Of a stretch of 64,000 nucleotides of DNA, positions 12,585 to 26,425 are shown piece by piece; the first letter of the stretch is position 1, and the number at the start of each line of letters is the position of its first letter. This DNA is from Pocillopora damicornis (Eukaryota), in NCBI RefSeq assembly GCF_003704095.1, contig NW_020843862.1, forward strand, positions 1-64,000. The letters run 5' to 3'. A model generated the notes under the pieces. It was not told where the DNA came from and did not search any database. It saw nothing but the letters and a program-made list of their open reading frames with translations. The translations under genes and the position numbers were made by a program.

Positions 12585-15500
12585 TCACGACGAGTTCGCA
12601 GTTCTCCGACTGTTATGCAACCTCCTTGCTCTCATCATTCCTTGATATGTCGACATAAATTTATTTCCATATCCGTAAAATTTGGAAGAGCTCCAGTCTC
12701 GACAGTGTTGAGCTGACAGTCTAACTTCTTCATAATTCTTTGGTGTCCGTCTTGTGTATTGAGGTAGAATTTCACTAGCTTCAGCTGATAGCGCCTGTAA
12801 AACAAAAAGTAACACACCGTTAACCCAAACATTTTGATGCAGCTGAGACACAAATACTTGGAAAGTTTGCGTTCAGTCTGAGCCAATAGTCATGAATGCG
12901 TATGAAGCACGAGAAACGCGAGCCAGCGAGGGGTCTGGCACTGATATTGAGACCAGACCCCCAACAAACCTCTCCCCGACTCGTCTCAAATCTTCCCGCA
13001 GGCGAAGAATCGCGCGCCCTTCAGCGCTAATTGAGGGGGCTTGCTCACAGGCTAGGACAATCACTCTGTATTGTAGACTGTTACTTATAGAGTTCAAAAA
13101 AATTCCTGTTTTTCAGGCAAAATTTCACGATGTGAGTTGTTGCTACAAAACAAAGACGACCAAAGTCTTACCTTTAACCAGATCACTGCATCTGTACCAA
13201 AACCTTCCATGGAATAAAGCTGCATATCTCCATCAAAATATCTGGCATAGAGTCTTGATAATGGCAGCCCGTATCCATAGCCGGCCTGGAACGATATAAA
13301 AAACATATCAACAACGGATCTGAGCTGGCTTATCAAGACCCTTATTATTAATTTTCTATAATCTCATTAGCCGTCAATTTGATGCCGTTCCAAAATTGTT
13401 ACGAGGATTCAACTGCCGATCATTTCCAAGAGTAAACATACTTCACCCTATAACCCCCTGGTGATTAAAATATGGTTTTTAAAGTTTTTTCCTCTTAGCC
13501 GACATTTTAAATGAAACTTACGTTTCGGCTGTTTACGACGGTTGTTTATCATTGATAAACACACTTTGAAAGTAATCTTTCATTCCAAAAACAGTGCCCA
13601 AGATTTCGAAGTTCCATTTACTTATTATTCCGTAATCTACTGGTACCTCAAATAGGCGCTTATTTGAGGAAATGCGGTTTTTCAATAACTTCATATCTTG
13701 AAGCGTACATGGTTGTAATTGAAATTTCACATTGTTGGAAATTGTGTGTTTTCTTACCATAGGTGCAGCAGAACCAGCTTTCAGTGGCTCTGGTGCCGAT
13801 GTATAATGATACTCAAACACTTGATCAATTGTACTCTTTGGGATTCCACCTCCTTGATCAGAAATCTAAACAGGCAAAGGGAAAAGAACTCTAAACTTAA
13901 TGACAACAACATTAGGGCATTCTACATAATTGAACTCAAGCATTAAAAAAAGAGTCAAAGTTCGGAAAGCAATGATTAAATCATAATACAGCTTTCATTA
14001 AAAAAAAATAGTTGGACAATCCTATTGCAAGGAATGTCTAGAATTAGTCTTCATCAAAGGTTACTTTCAAATCATGCACATGTATATTCATGAAATAATT
14101 GTACCCGGTGAGAACTGTGTTGATAAAATAAATTGGCTACCATAGAGATTTTTTAAAGCTGATGTTTTGAGAATTAACACTCTCAGTCAGCTCAGACAAA
14201 GGGCCAACTCTCAAAATGTCAACTTAGCCCTTTACTCCCTAACATCAGTAATCATATTCTCCCTACTGTTCTCTGTACATTTACTAAGGTGCTGACAAGG
14301 AGAACTTGTTTAACAATCAAGAGTTTCTTTAGCTGGTGATCATTTCCTTTATTCTCATAACATTAATGTGTGATTCAGTGGTGATATTGTAAAGAGAAAT
14401 TGGATGCTGGTCACTCTTAGGGGTTAGAGGGTAAAGAAACCCCTCACAGCCTAAATTTAAATTATCAATTCAGTTGATAAAACCAAAAAAAGAGAACAAA
14501 AAGTTTGACTGTCAATGTAGGAGCCTTTGAAGAGTTCTCTTTTCTGAAGAGTTTATTACATGACAAGCATGTTTAATGAAGCTAGGCAACATCTAATTAA
14601 TGGCACACAGAAAAAGGAAGTGCTTCAACTTTGTGTGTAATATAAACATCCTTATCTTTCACTAGGAATAAATCAAACAAATCCAAAGTTCGGGAATTGT
14701 AAGTGAGTCTAGGAAACTACATGTAATGCTGAAGGCTGGCAAAATAGGCTGCTGAAACAGAGTTAAATTGATGCTACCTTGATTGTCATGTCATGTCTTC
14801 CTTTGGTTATCATGATCTTTATAGGAGGAACATCAGTACTACTTCCATGTTGTTCCACAACTGCACGCATGGCATTCTTAAATACAGAGCAGTATTGAAT
14901 ATCAGTTTTTTAAGCAATGATTTCTCATTTTTATTGCCATAGGCAGCCCACTTGTTAAAGCACAAAGTTGTATTGCAAACTTGATTAGCTAAGTTCACAC
15001 ACTGAAAAATGAAAAGCATATTTCAAAACCATTTAATGCCACTTTCCCTAATGATCCAGCTCCTTTAATGCAGCCCTACTGGAATATAACCTGGTAAAGG
15101 CTGACAGTTAAAACAAGTATTCTTTGCAAAAAGAATGAGACCTATTTTTGAAATGGTGGTGGATTATTCAACCCAGTGAAACTTTGTCACATTTTAAACA
15201 GTGTGCCAAGAACATACCTTTAATAATTCAAAGAGCATGTGATACAAGTGTCCAGGAACATAGGCCATTTGAATGGGTTTCTTAAGATCAACACCTAAAT
15301 GGAAAAAATAAAACACTGATTTACTTCTTCAACTTGAAAGTCATTACAAGAACAAAAGTAATTGTTACAACAAGGAATTCTGCTATTCTGAAAAAATGTA
15401 CATTTTTTAGAGACAACAAAGCGTTCATGGGGAGTCACAAACTGTATGAAATTAAAAAATAGATTCCATATTGCTATTTGTTGGTTTATTAATAAATCAC

Positions 15501-18500
15501 AGATGGGGTTGATGCAGCCAAGTGTGTCACTGATGTTCCTGCTATATTCTGACCTCTTCTGAGATCTGTTATTGAACAAACCCACAGCAACATGCATGGA
15601 ATCTAACTGTTTTGTTTGATAAAAAATCAAAATGTCGTTAACTGTGATGTCAGCTAAGCATCTGCCCTCCAGTGGTGCATAAGTGGGAACCAATCAAAAT
15701 GTATGTAGGATTCAGTTTATGGTATAGATCTATTTTTGTATAAATGATTGCATGCATTTATGTTAAAAGATAGCTTGAGAGAGGAAAGCTTACCATTAAA
15801 CTCAGAAATTTCCACCTCAGGAGCAGCACAATAATAATGTTCACAGAGGTAGGCAGCATTATTTACAGCATCTAAGAAAATAAGAGGAGGTATTTGATAT
15901 TGAGCATGGTATGACTTTAGACCTATAACTGTGTGCAGAATATTCTACTGACTACATTCCTATGACTGTTGATCCAAACAGGAGTTTGGAGCCTTGGTTT
16001 CTGAGAAAGTAAACAAATCTCAAGGGTAAGGACAAGAATCAACAGAACGTTCCACTCACATGTAATGTCAGGGGTGAAAATTGAACCTACACTACACCAA
16101 TAGATGGCAAGTGCTCTACACACCCCACTATCTGTGTTCACCTACTCTGTGATGGACAAAGATGCTTTAAAACGCAATGCAACAACATCAAGTGTATCAA
16201 ATACCTTCTACCACTGAAGCAACATGACAGGTTGGGTCAAAACAACCAATAAAATTGCTCTTGGAGCTTCTTGCATCTTGACCAAACAGCACCACTAGTA
16301 AATGAAGATACAAGAAAGAGAATGCTAAGGTTACCCTCAGTTTTATTCCAAAAACAGTTATCCCCTTCACTTCCAAGATCTAAACATCATTTCCCTGTAT
16401 GCTCTTCCACATACCGATATTTCTCAAAATCAAGCTTAAAGAATTTGGTGTTAGATCAACTAATATCTCCTTGATGATGTTGTTTTTTTTCTTTCTTCCC
16501 ATCATGAAACTGGTTGAGAAGGTATTGGCATTGAAATGTCTATGTTAAAGGGGGTTTTCAATTTTTCATTACAAATTCTAGTAATTTTATTATTTAAATC
16601 CAACCCAAAACACTTAATTTAACCAAGGTCTTGATTTAAGAGTGCCAATAGCCGGTCTGTTGTGTAATCTATTCACAATACTAGTAAAGATATTGACACA
16701 ATTAAGATCAATTAGAGGCTCCTTGGATCTAGTAGAAAATAATTAAAATTTTTTTATTCTGCTTTTGCAAAGTCGATCAAATCCTAGGTTTTCATAACAC
16801 TGCAACCCCCAAGTTGCAAGTAGGGGGCATAAAGCTCTTGCTTCCCAATTGAAAACTTCCAAACAAGGGCTCACTTAGATTCATATAAATTCAACCAGCA
16901 CCAAGCTTATCAACATCCTCACATGGGGAATACATCAATGCAGAAGGTTTAAAAATTGGAGGGAGTTTAAAACTGATTGAACAAAATACCACTGAAAAAG
17001 AGAAGTCTTGTTGCTAACAAAACTACCCTAAATTGGTTTAGCATGACTACATCATACAATGAGGTAAAAGCAATAAATAAAAGTGTACTTACGATGCTGA
17101 GTGATAAGCATTCGTATACTAATCCGATTCATGTAAAAACGATCTGTCAATAAAAAAACAGGGTGATCTTTAATCAACGGGAATTGAAAAACTATCTGCT
17201 ACCATGCAGAATTCGACCACTACGCTTGCAATTGAAGCAATATTTGGGAAAAATATTTTTACTGACAAAAGGAAATTCATTTTGTCAAGGAGATCAAGAT
17301 AAAGATAGATTTTGTTTGATGGCATGAATTACCTTTCTGCTTTGTGCAGTACCTGAATGAAAGCTAATTTTTTAGTGCTTAAGGAAAAATATTATTTACA
17401 ATATCAGTCTGAAAAAAGAACAAAAATAGCTTTCTTTCAAACACAACAATAAAATGTATGTTTACCTAAAAAGTATTCTATGGATGGATGAAATGCACCA
17501 TCTCCGTCCCTCTCTCTTAATTCCATAATTCCCTGAATTACAAAAAAAATTGAAATGTGATTTGAGCACAACTTTGAAGATGTAAAGGTAAGATATAAAG
17601 GTGGCTTATTCAATTGTTTGGGAAATGAAACTAAAATATAATACAAATGAAAGTTCTAATGAGTTGCACCAGCATAAACAAATACCTGAGCCATTGTCTC
17701 AACAACATTATCATGCCTCTGTTTAATGTGCTTCAGACTTTGGGTATATCTGAAACAAACATGTTAGAAGGCCATTGTTTATTTTCCATGTTCCAGACCT
17801 TGTCAGAAAAGAGTTCTTCAGCTGCTTGTAAAATAGTTCTTTACCACCACACTCCTCTACTAATACAGTGTTCTCCTTTTCAGGCATTAACTGGTAAAAT
17901 TCAATAACTGTTGTGCAATTATTAATGATTAAAATTGCTTGGAATTTATAAAATTTCAACAGGTATAAGGATTGCTCAACTGGTTTAAAATTTTCTTTAA
18001 CCTGTCATGCTTAAAATACGAGAGAACACTGCTTATGACTGCCTCCCAGTTAGCCCAATTGGTTAGAGCGCCGGACTGTTGTGCGGCAGGTCAAGGGTTT
18101 GAGCCCTGGCTGGACCAACACTCAAGGTCTTAAAATGACTGAGGAGAATTTGCTACCTTTCTATAATATCAGGAAATGGATAGACATTCTAGTCTTCTTG
18201 ATAAAGACAAATAAACCATAGGTCCCATCTCCTGCATCTATTGATAATTTGGTTAGGCAGGGGACAATAAAGAACCCACTCATGAGATTACTGTGATGTG
18301 GTCTGGCATGTAAAGTATAGTGTAAAATAGATTGCAGGTCCACATCAGCAACAGCTGCCATTTATTCAACCTGCTTTGCCAAATAAAGGATGTATGTATG
18401 TATGTATATTGCTGACACAACATTACCTATTGGAAACTTCATCTGTTTCTTGTTCATCTTGGAACTCAATTAACTCACTAAAGCTTTGAACATACCTTAA

Positions 18501-21071
18501 ACAGGAAGAAAACAAACAATAAATCAATTCAATAATACATAAATGAATACTAAAAAATTTATTCACAATTAAGGTCCTGATGTAATGAAGCTATAGAGAT
18601 TTGGAAACTTGGGCAAAGTAATGCCTTTCATTAGCTTGCATTTACATGACAATGTTGCCAGATAGCTTTTCCACAAATGAAGACATCTCCTTTAAATATC
18701 TCCTTTAAATGTTCCTCTTGGGCATAGAAAGGGATAAAAATACAAGTTCTCCTTTACAATTTTGGATCAACTCTTTTGAGTTTATGATCAGCTGCTTTAT
18801 CTAGAGAGAGAAACACATTAACAACAATAACTTTGTCTCAAGGGGGAGGCTCTACCTTTCAGAGCTATTGAGAACTTGCCCCAGAGTAGATTGATATAGG
18901 GCAGTTGATATGCACAACGTCAATTTGAAGTACTACATCAAAATAACACAGATTAACCTTTTCACCCTTTTGAGTCACTAGCATTTAATGTCTGCTCACA
19001 AATCACCCCTAAATCACACAATAGGGTCACAAGAACCGAGAGATGATCACGAATTAAAGAAGCTTTAGACTGTTAAGCAAATTCACCATGTCAGCACCAC
19101 TTATAGAGAATATAGATACTAGTGTTTAGGAGTAAAGGTTTAGCACTTACCAGCTTCTAACTAGCTCAACTGAAGGCATCTTAAGCAAATTCTTAGGAAG
19201 AAGATCAATCTCACGAATAATGTGTGCAAGTCGCACAGGTAATTCATGTCGACCAAACTGGAAAGATTCTATGGGTTTTGCGGTTTTGCCTGTAAATGGA
19301 AATAAAACCAAAGATTTATTTCCCCCTTGCAGTTTGACAAAATTTTTAATTTTTATTTTCAGCAACCAAGAGAGGGAAACTTTTCAGATTTCTTAAAATC
19401 AAAAGCACCCATGATGGTGATTAAAGCATAGTGCATGACCCCCAGGAAGACAAAGCATTAAATCCCACTTTTTTTGAAGACAGTTTAATGTGCAAGACTA
19501 CACAGTTTTATTGGTAACTATAGAAAAAAAAAATGTATCCTAACTACATTTAATCTAACTGACTTGCAGTTTAAAAATATTCTTAAGCTATTTCTTTTGC
19601 ATAAAGGACCTCTTGGTTAGCACCTTTTTCAAAAAGGTTTCTCTCTCATAGAGTAATCATGACATTGCAAAATTAACATGTGCAATTTGATATTGTTCCA
19701 TTATTTACACCTTAGTCTCAGATAAATTAACATGCCATTTATCTCTGTGAGTTTGTGTGCCAAATAATAAGGGTTTAAAACATAAAATGGGAAAAACATT
19801 GCACTGATGCACAGAGGAGCTCCACTAATCATCAATAATCATCAAAAGCGTAAGCATTGTTGGATGAGTAAAATCTTGTAGTTTCCTGATAATTGTTTCA
19901 ACAAAACAATTGTATAACTACAAAAAAAAAAAATATTCACAGTATGGAAATTGGGTCTCGATTATTAAAATCTTCGAGTAACTTGTAGATCAGAGAATTT
20001 TTTGACAAGAACTAGTTTTACTGGAATACATCATAAATAAAGCACATAGTTTATACTTAAATTTTAATAATGTTTACAGTGTATGAAAGCCAAAACTTTT
20101 TGTTTTATGGGTAACATTTGTGAGGCAAACTTACTTTTTCAATAACATGGTAAGGAACTGACAATAAAACATTTTGAGGGAATTCACAAAATTATGGCGG
20201 GGCAACTGAGTAAACATTCAAGGTATTGAAACCATGTCAGAAACCAGGTTAAAATGGGAGACCTTTAACGACAGGAGTTATATTGTTGACTGAATTTCAC
20301 ATAAAAACAGATGATGAATCATGATATTCAACCTCCGGACCATCATATGACGTAAAAGTAATCGAAAATCGGATGCGTTTCAAACATAAACACGGAAAAA
20401 AGGGGCATTTTGGGGGTGCCGTCCGCTACGTCAGCAAAGTAAATGACCTTTAAAGTGAAACACGATTTCAGATAAACAGACCCCCCCCCCCCGTAACTTG
20501 ATTTGATGATCAATTCAACGAAAAAAAACCTGAAGCTTTCAAAGCGGAGAATGTATAAATTTCGATCTCTTTAATCTAGAAAGCATGATAAAGGATTGTT
20601 TTTTTACGCGCGAATAAGCGCGCGAAAATATCCATCAACAAAGGTGGGGAAGGGTTAATTAAAAGAAAACGTGTTTGCGAAAAAATCTGGCCGAAGTTGC
20701 ATACAGGCAAAGGTTACCGTAGAGCAGATTTAAAAGCAATTGCGCTGCTAGAGCGAACCAAACAAATGGGAAAAAATGACTCTTACAAAGTAACGTAATT
20801 GATGTAGTTTTTCTGACTGATTGTTTATCTGTGAAAAGGTGTGGAAGAGATCGTAGTATTGAAAATGCGTTTTCATCTCCAAACTGATCCATTCACTTAA
20901 TACCGTTAATTGTTATGAAAAGACGACCTTTACTCCTTAATAAAGAATGGAAAATCTACTGTACTCACCGAAAGTCGTGAATTGCTCAATCGACAAAGAA
21001 GATTGTTGGTATCGACTGAAGCGTTGAATGAGCTTAGCGACATCTTCGCATAAAACTCTCGTGATCCGCAT
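12585..21071 (-). CDS. PDK: Pyruvate dehydrogenase (acetyl-transferring) kinase, mitochondrial; 13 coding exons, 422 aa
   Basis: Exons in transcript order: 21071-20969, 19289-19151, 18495-18427, 17749-17686, 17532-17466, 17143-17093, 16294-16205, 15871-15794, 15294-15218, 14876-14778, 13865-13758, 13285-13172, 12794-12585. All introns are GT-AG with matching phases; total 1269 nt. The translation starts [35 protein letters not shown] and contains [39 protein letters not shown], the N-box [14 protein letters not shown]1 [10 protein letters not shown]2 [18 protein letters not shown], and the C-terminal DW motif typical of PDKs. Confidence 0.96.
14113..14488. mobile_element. Palindromic Penelope-derived repeat interrupted by a nested TTAA-type MITE
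   Basis: The left part 14113-14223 and right part 14435-14488 align to the two arms of the element at 57340-57540. The MITE occupies about 14224-14434. Confidence 0.7.
14224..14434 (-). mobile_element. About 210-bp piggyBac-type MITE (family A), in PDK intron 10
   Basis: Ends are ttagcccttt...agagggtaaa (degenerate TTAA CCCT...AGGG TTAA). The reverse complement matches copies at 18953, 26535, 31716 and 34330. Confidence 0.75.
15448..15606. repeat. Imperfect palindromic (fold-back) MITE-like repeat, PDK intron 8
   Basis: tagattccat.ttgct...aataaatcacagat pairs with atctgttattgaacaaacccacagcaacatgcatggaatcta. Sequence related to the right flank occurs near 22890-22960. Confidence 0.55.
16000..16135 (-). 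mobile_element. Degenerate tRNA-derived SINE fragment, PDK intron 7
   Basis: The reverse strand reads gtgtagagcacttgcc...gtaggttcaattttc...catgtgagtgga, a decayed A/B-box head. Confidence 0.45.
18038..18407 (+). mobile_element. tRNA-derived SINE, antisense in PDK intron 3
   Basis: tRNA-like head with A box (TAGCCCAATTGGTTAGAGCG) and B box (GGTTTGAGCCC), a body ggaccaacactcaaggtcttaaaatgactgaggagaa..., and a 3' aataaagg(atgt)n tail. No proper acceptor stem. Confidence 0.78.
18953..19143 (+). mobile_element. piggyBac-type MITE (family A), PDK intron 2
   Basis: ttaaccttttcaccc...gtaaaggtttag, with internal atcacccctaaatcacac...gatgatcac...aaagaagct matching family A. Confidence 0.7.
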
Positions 21072-23905
21072 GATGAAATGTCCTATTATCCTCTGGTAGA
21101 TAAACTATTTTCCCTCTCCTTTTCGATGCTCATACTTCCTCCCACGGTACCTCAATAGGAATACAAGTGATTCTCAAAACAATTTAGCCATATCAACCTT
21201 TGCTCACTAACCTACAACAAGCGGGCAACAAGTAAGTATATGGAGATTATGTGGATGCGGGGAATGTGTCACATGAGCTTTTTAAACCAATCAGAGTGCA
21301 GATATTGTCCATGACAAGCGTCATGCACGCTCGCCAGTTTTTGAACAGGGGAGGGGTGATGGGTATATTTTTGTTGTTCTTCATATTTGACACAATGAAA
21401 TACTCTATATAGCACAATACAGAACGATACAATTTCTTTCTCAAATATATTGAAATCTTAACAGATAAAATTCTGCCTTACAATTTGCAAGAAACCGACG
21501 AGCAAAAACGTACAGAGAAGTATACGACTCTAACGACTGACTACCACCCGGTCAGGAGACTGTCACGATCAGTCAAGACACCGGTCTGGTATATCACGTT
21601 TTGCTGGAATTTCACTCGAATAACGCCAATGGCTCTCTTTATTTGAGAGTTTGCCACAGGCTGTATCCCTTTCTCAGTTATCGCATCCACACCTTGATAA
21701 TAATAATAATAATAATATACTAATGATTACATCTTTAGCCAAGGTGAACCCGTCAGCAATATTGGTGATATCAGTGGGTGCCCTAGTAACCTGACTTTCT
21801 CAAAATCGAGTATTTTTATGATAACGTTTGCAATTTCTGCTCTTGGTGTGGGTGAAGCAAGTCTTGCATCATCCTTCAAAGGTGACGACAAACCTTTCGC
21901 CGGTGTGACATAAACTGTTTTGGCCCCAGTCCTTTTGCGATTTATTTTCTTCTATGTACTTAGAGAAAGTTAGTTAAAACAAATGCCTATAATCGTATCA
22001 GCCTGCTCACTTATAAAAGTGAAAATGATATCATTTGAAATTTTATGGCTTTTACTACAGATCAAAATAAAATGAGCAGACTGTGTACAATGGCCGAAAA
22101 TACCCCTACGTGTCCAAAACACACTCTTCAATATGTATACTTCTAAACAAAACGAAACGAACCAAAGAATCGAAGCGAAGAGAAAAATTGAAGCAGTTGC
22201 TAAAATAAAAATACAAATTATAAGTTACTACAATTATATGTAAACAAATTGAAAAACGTAAAAACAAAATAAAAGATAATAAAGACACTCACAAACGTTG
22301 TACGAGATTCTGGGACGACTTGCTGAGTTACTGGTTAAGGACGGTATAGAGCGAATTAAAGCGACTGAGAAAAATGATCCATCACAGTTCAACGATAAAC
22401 CCGAATAAATAAAATTTACGGTAATGAACTTATACGAATGTTACAATCAAAGGGAATTTATGCGTTAAAAAAAATGCACGTGAAAATAAAAAAATCTTGA
22501 TGAACGCGCGACGGAAAGAAAAAAGACGAATTTATAATGAATGACGTCAATAAATAATTTTTGTCGGCAACACTTTGTATTTCCCCTGCTGCCGTCAATG
22601 TTCCATTAAGCTGGCGATCCTTCTAAGTCAATCGACTCATGTTGAAAGAAGGTTTTAATGTGGCTATGAGTCATCTTCAAAAATTTAGTTCACTTCAAGA
22701 GCTCTCCTCTTTGGTTTCTGATTTAGCAGTTAGTTGCCAGGGGCCTCTCCCGTGGGAGGCGAGACTTTAGCCCGTCCTTACACTGTGATCTTCATGATAT
22801 CTCTAGCCCACAAGTGGCACATCAAAACTTTATTCAGTAAAACACTATCATTTATAGAGTTTTACTGAAAAAATGAACAAAAGTACGACGTGGAATCTCT
22901 TTGTTTTATATCATAAAAAGACAAAAGAAAATGTCGATGGTGAAGTCACTGTATGCGTCATCGATATCCGCTCCATCCTCGGAGACCCCGGGGCTGTGAG
23001 TCGATTTCAAGTCAGGGCGGAAGAGCCCCTGGGGACATTGTCCTACAAGACTAGTTCCAAACGGTCACAGTCGTTCTGGTATCTGATTGATGCCAGAAAA
23101 TCTTTGTGTTTTTCTGCCCAATCAGAGTGAAGTATGGTTTAAAGTCCTCTCGTGTGTTTTAACACGGAGATGTACAAGAAGTTCAGTTGCTCGCCTTGTT
23201 TGTTTACGCCGTGCGACGAAGCTTTGCTCGAGGTGAAAAGTTTCAGTCTCAGCACACAATGTAAGAGAAATCGATCAGATTGTACGCAAAAATCTTACAA
23301 TAAATTATACTGAATACTTTTGCAGGTATCACAAGAGAACGTATTTAAAAGTTTACGAGGTCCGTATAAAACATAATGGTTGCATGCGTTAATATGTCGC
23401 TTTAAACGTTAGACGAGATGTAAGCTTAAATCGGTCTAGATTTCTCGTATAATTTGCTGTGACTGAAACTTTGCCAATCCCGTGAAGTTATTTCGTCGCA
23501 TGGGCCACGCAGGTACGTCGAGCAACTGGCGCTTACGCTTACGTTGCTTTCTGTGAACGCCAAAATCAAATCTCCTTCGACTAGTTGTTTAGGGAAGGTT
23601 CAGGGTTTTTTTTTTACGATGAGTGGGAATAATCCGAGTGAAAATGTTTTTCCTTTTTTCGCGAGCGTCTAAAAACTGCCAGGACACCAAAAACCCAGAA
23701 TTGTACAATCAGTAAATTTATGCAGGTATTGCGGACCTATTTTCCTTCGAACTATTTCGGATTAGTTCGGAAAGCATTCGCTGTCACTCGTAAGTAGACG
23801 ATGACGTAGTAAGAACCTAAGTTTCATTAGGGTATTAGTCGTAGACAGCTGAAGGAGGTCTACTTTGATATTTGCGTAACATGTAGTTGTTTTCTTTTTT
23901 TCCAA
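21072..23905. promoter_or_regulatory. Divergent (head-to-head) intergenic region between PDK and WDSUB1
   Basis: The start codons point away from each other 2.8 kb apart. CpG is visibly retained here compared with the flanking gene bodies. No specific promoter element was assigned. Confidence 0.55.
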
Positions 23906-26376
23906 ATGGCTGTACTAGTTAACACCTTCGCAAAACATGCAACAGACGTGACCTCGTGTAGCTTTTCACCTAACAGTAAAGTTTTAGCTTCAAGTTCTGG
24001 GGACAAATCGATTCGATTGTGGAATATTGAAAATGGAAGCGAGTTGTCGGTGTCACCATTGCTTGGGCATACATACAGTGTAAACTCTTGCAGTTTCTCG
24101 CCGTTTGGAACTATACTTGCAACAGCCTCGACGGACTGTAGTGTTTTCCTCTGGGATGTTGATTCTGGTTCTATGATTACGGTTCTGCAAGGACATAAAA
24201 ACGTTGTTCGCGTATGTCGGTTTTCACCAAACTCTCGATTCCTCCTTACCGGTTCTGCGGATGAAACGTTTTGTATTTGGGATGTATCTTCTAAAAAGCT
24301 CGTCAAATGCGTGGATGGATTGGAAAGTAGTGTGTTGACTTGTTGTTTTACGCCAGATAGCTTACACATAGTGACTGGAACGAGTATGGGAGATTTGTGT
24401 ATCTGGGATGCTCAGAGTGGAAAAATGATGAAGTTCTATGCGGAAGGACACGATTTAGGAGTAGCTGACTGTTGCTTCTCGCCAACTTTTGGATCAGCTA
24501 GTAAGTTACGCTTACAGTTCTTTGCAGTTTGTGTTTTTCGTAATAAGATTTACTGGGGGCCTTTTGAAACAAATATTATCGATCTAATCATTTTGAGTTG
24601 AAGGTTGAGTGACTGTTTTCGAGGGAGTTTTGAGTACAAAAGCTTCATCATTAGCAATTGGTGTGGATCAAATAGTCAATTCTGTGTTGTTATTTATAAA
24701 CTGCATAATTCCTAGTAATGAACTTGTGTTAAAAAGATACTGCTATCTTTGTTCCTTCAGTTTGCATCCCTGCCTAAATTTCTCCTATTTCAGTTTTCTA
24801 GTGGGTTAAGAATGGCCGCTATGACTACCTAAACAAGTCGCTTTACAATACTTCTTGTACAAAATTATCCTCACCCAGCCCTGCTATCGATTATCCATTA
24901 TTTCCTTTGTTAAGTTATTTAATTAGATGATAGATAATAATGTGAAGATTTTATTAGTGTTGCAGCTGCACATATTTCATTTGAATAAGTCACTGAATTA
25001 GTGAAAAATATTACGATTTTTCATACAAATCAGTACTTCCCTATATTTCTGTCAGAATGGAAGGAGATCCATCAGCAAACTTAGGGGTTGCCCTCAATGT
25101 ACTTGAAAAATGATGATTCTTATTTTCTTGTATACACGTAGATCATAAGAGTATGTCATCAATGATTAATTAATTCATACTTGAGCATAGTTAAGCATAA
25201 CTTTTTTTTTTTGGAATGCATGTATGGAAGAGGACTGGAGCCATGGACAAACTGTTGAGATAGTTGGTTATGGTACATTCTTCCAAACTGTCTCTCATAT
25301 CCATAATCAAATGTTTGGGTAATTGATGATGGTTTGTTAAAATCACACAATGAACCTGCTCAGACATGTACAATAGCCTGTACCTTGTGATTATCAACAT
25401 ATATTGTGGTCCTAGCTTTTCCTTCTTGTTCTAAGTCCTATTGTTGTTGTATTGTGAAGAAAGGTTTTCTTTATTTTTGATACTCTGTCACCATCTCCCA
25501 CCTCTCATGACCATTTTTCAGTTTTTATTTTTTTATTTTTCTCTATCATTTCTCAACTACCAGTATTATTTTTCTTTTTACTCATTTGTTGTATCCAAGT
25601 TTTTATGCAAACTTAAGCATATCTCAGTGGCTGCTGGGATTTCGTTTTTGTGAATCCCATATGGTAACCAGCAATGTGATGTATAAATTTTGCAGAAAGG
25701 CAATTGTGATTTATGAATTTACAAATTGGTATCAGGGGTGATTTGCCATCTGAAATATATATGACCAGTGAGTTTTTTATTTCATTTCATGAAAACCCCA
25801 TGATTTCTCAGAAACCTTATGCTCAAGAAGAAAAAATTGAAGTTTCCTTTAGTAAGATGTTGTAATGGGCGAAATGTTTTTGAAAGTATACAGGACTGAT
25901 TCATTTTTCTAAAATTTTTATGGCCGAAACAGGACCCCCTTTTGTTACTTTCTGCATAGGGCATCTTTGTTGAAATCTCTAGTAAATAACTTGTATTCCA
26001 TCATCTCTTTGAATAAATCAACACCCCAGGCTCAATTTTGTTTTAAATTAATCATTTTAGCATGTAAGATTACATGATGTTCCAACTATCTTGATGAATT
26101 TAAGAAGACATCCAAACTGATGATGTTCCAACTATCTTGATGAATTTAAGCAGTCATCCAAATTGCTTGATTGTCTGTGTTAATTTGTGATATGTTTTGA
26201 TAGGGTGGCTAAAAACATGCATGAATCTTATAACTTTCATGAACCACTGTCATACCCTACAGGTAGCAATACCCTCCCCTCCCTTGGTGGGGAGGGTACT
26301 GCTGCATGTAGGCTACCATCGTTTAAAACTGACTCCAGTTTTAAATACAGAAATGCAAGATTTTATTTATTTATTT

Positions 26377-26425
<49 letters not shown>

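Noticed and set aside
18041-18116. tRNA gene
   Set aside because: A and B boxes are present, but there is no pairing acceptor stem or clean anticodon arm. It continues into a SINE body with an (ATGT)n tail.
23860-24369. 169-aa antisense ORF, and similarly 60099-60401, 33997-34230, 38414-38608 and 12892-13299
   Set aside because: These are shadows on the opposite strand of real exons and show no independent protein features.
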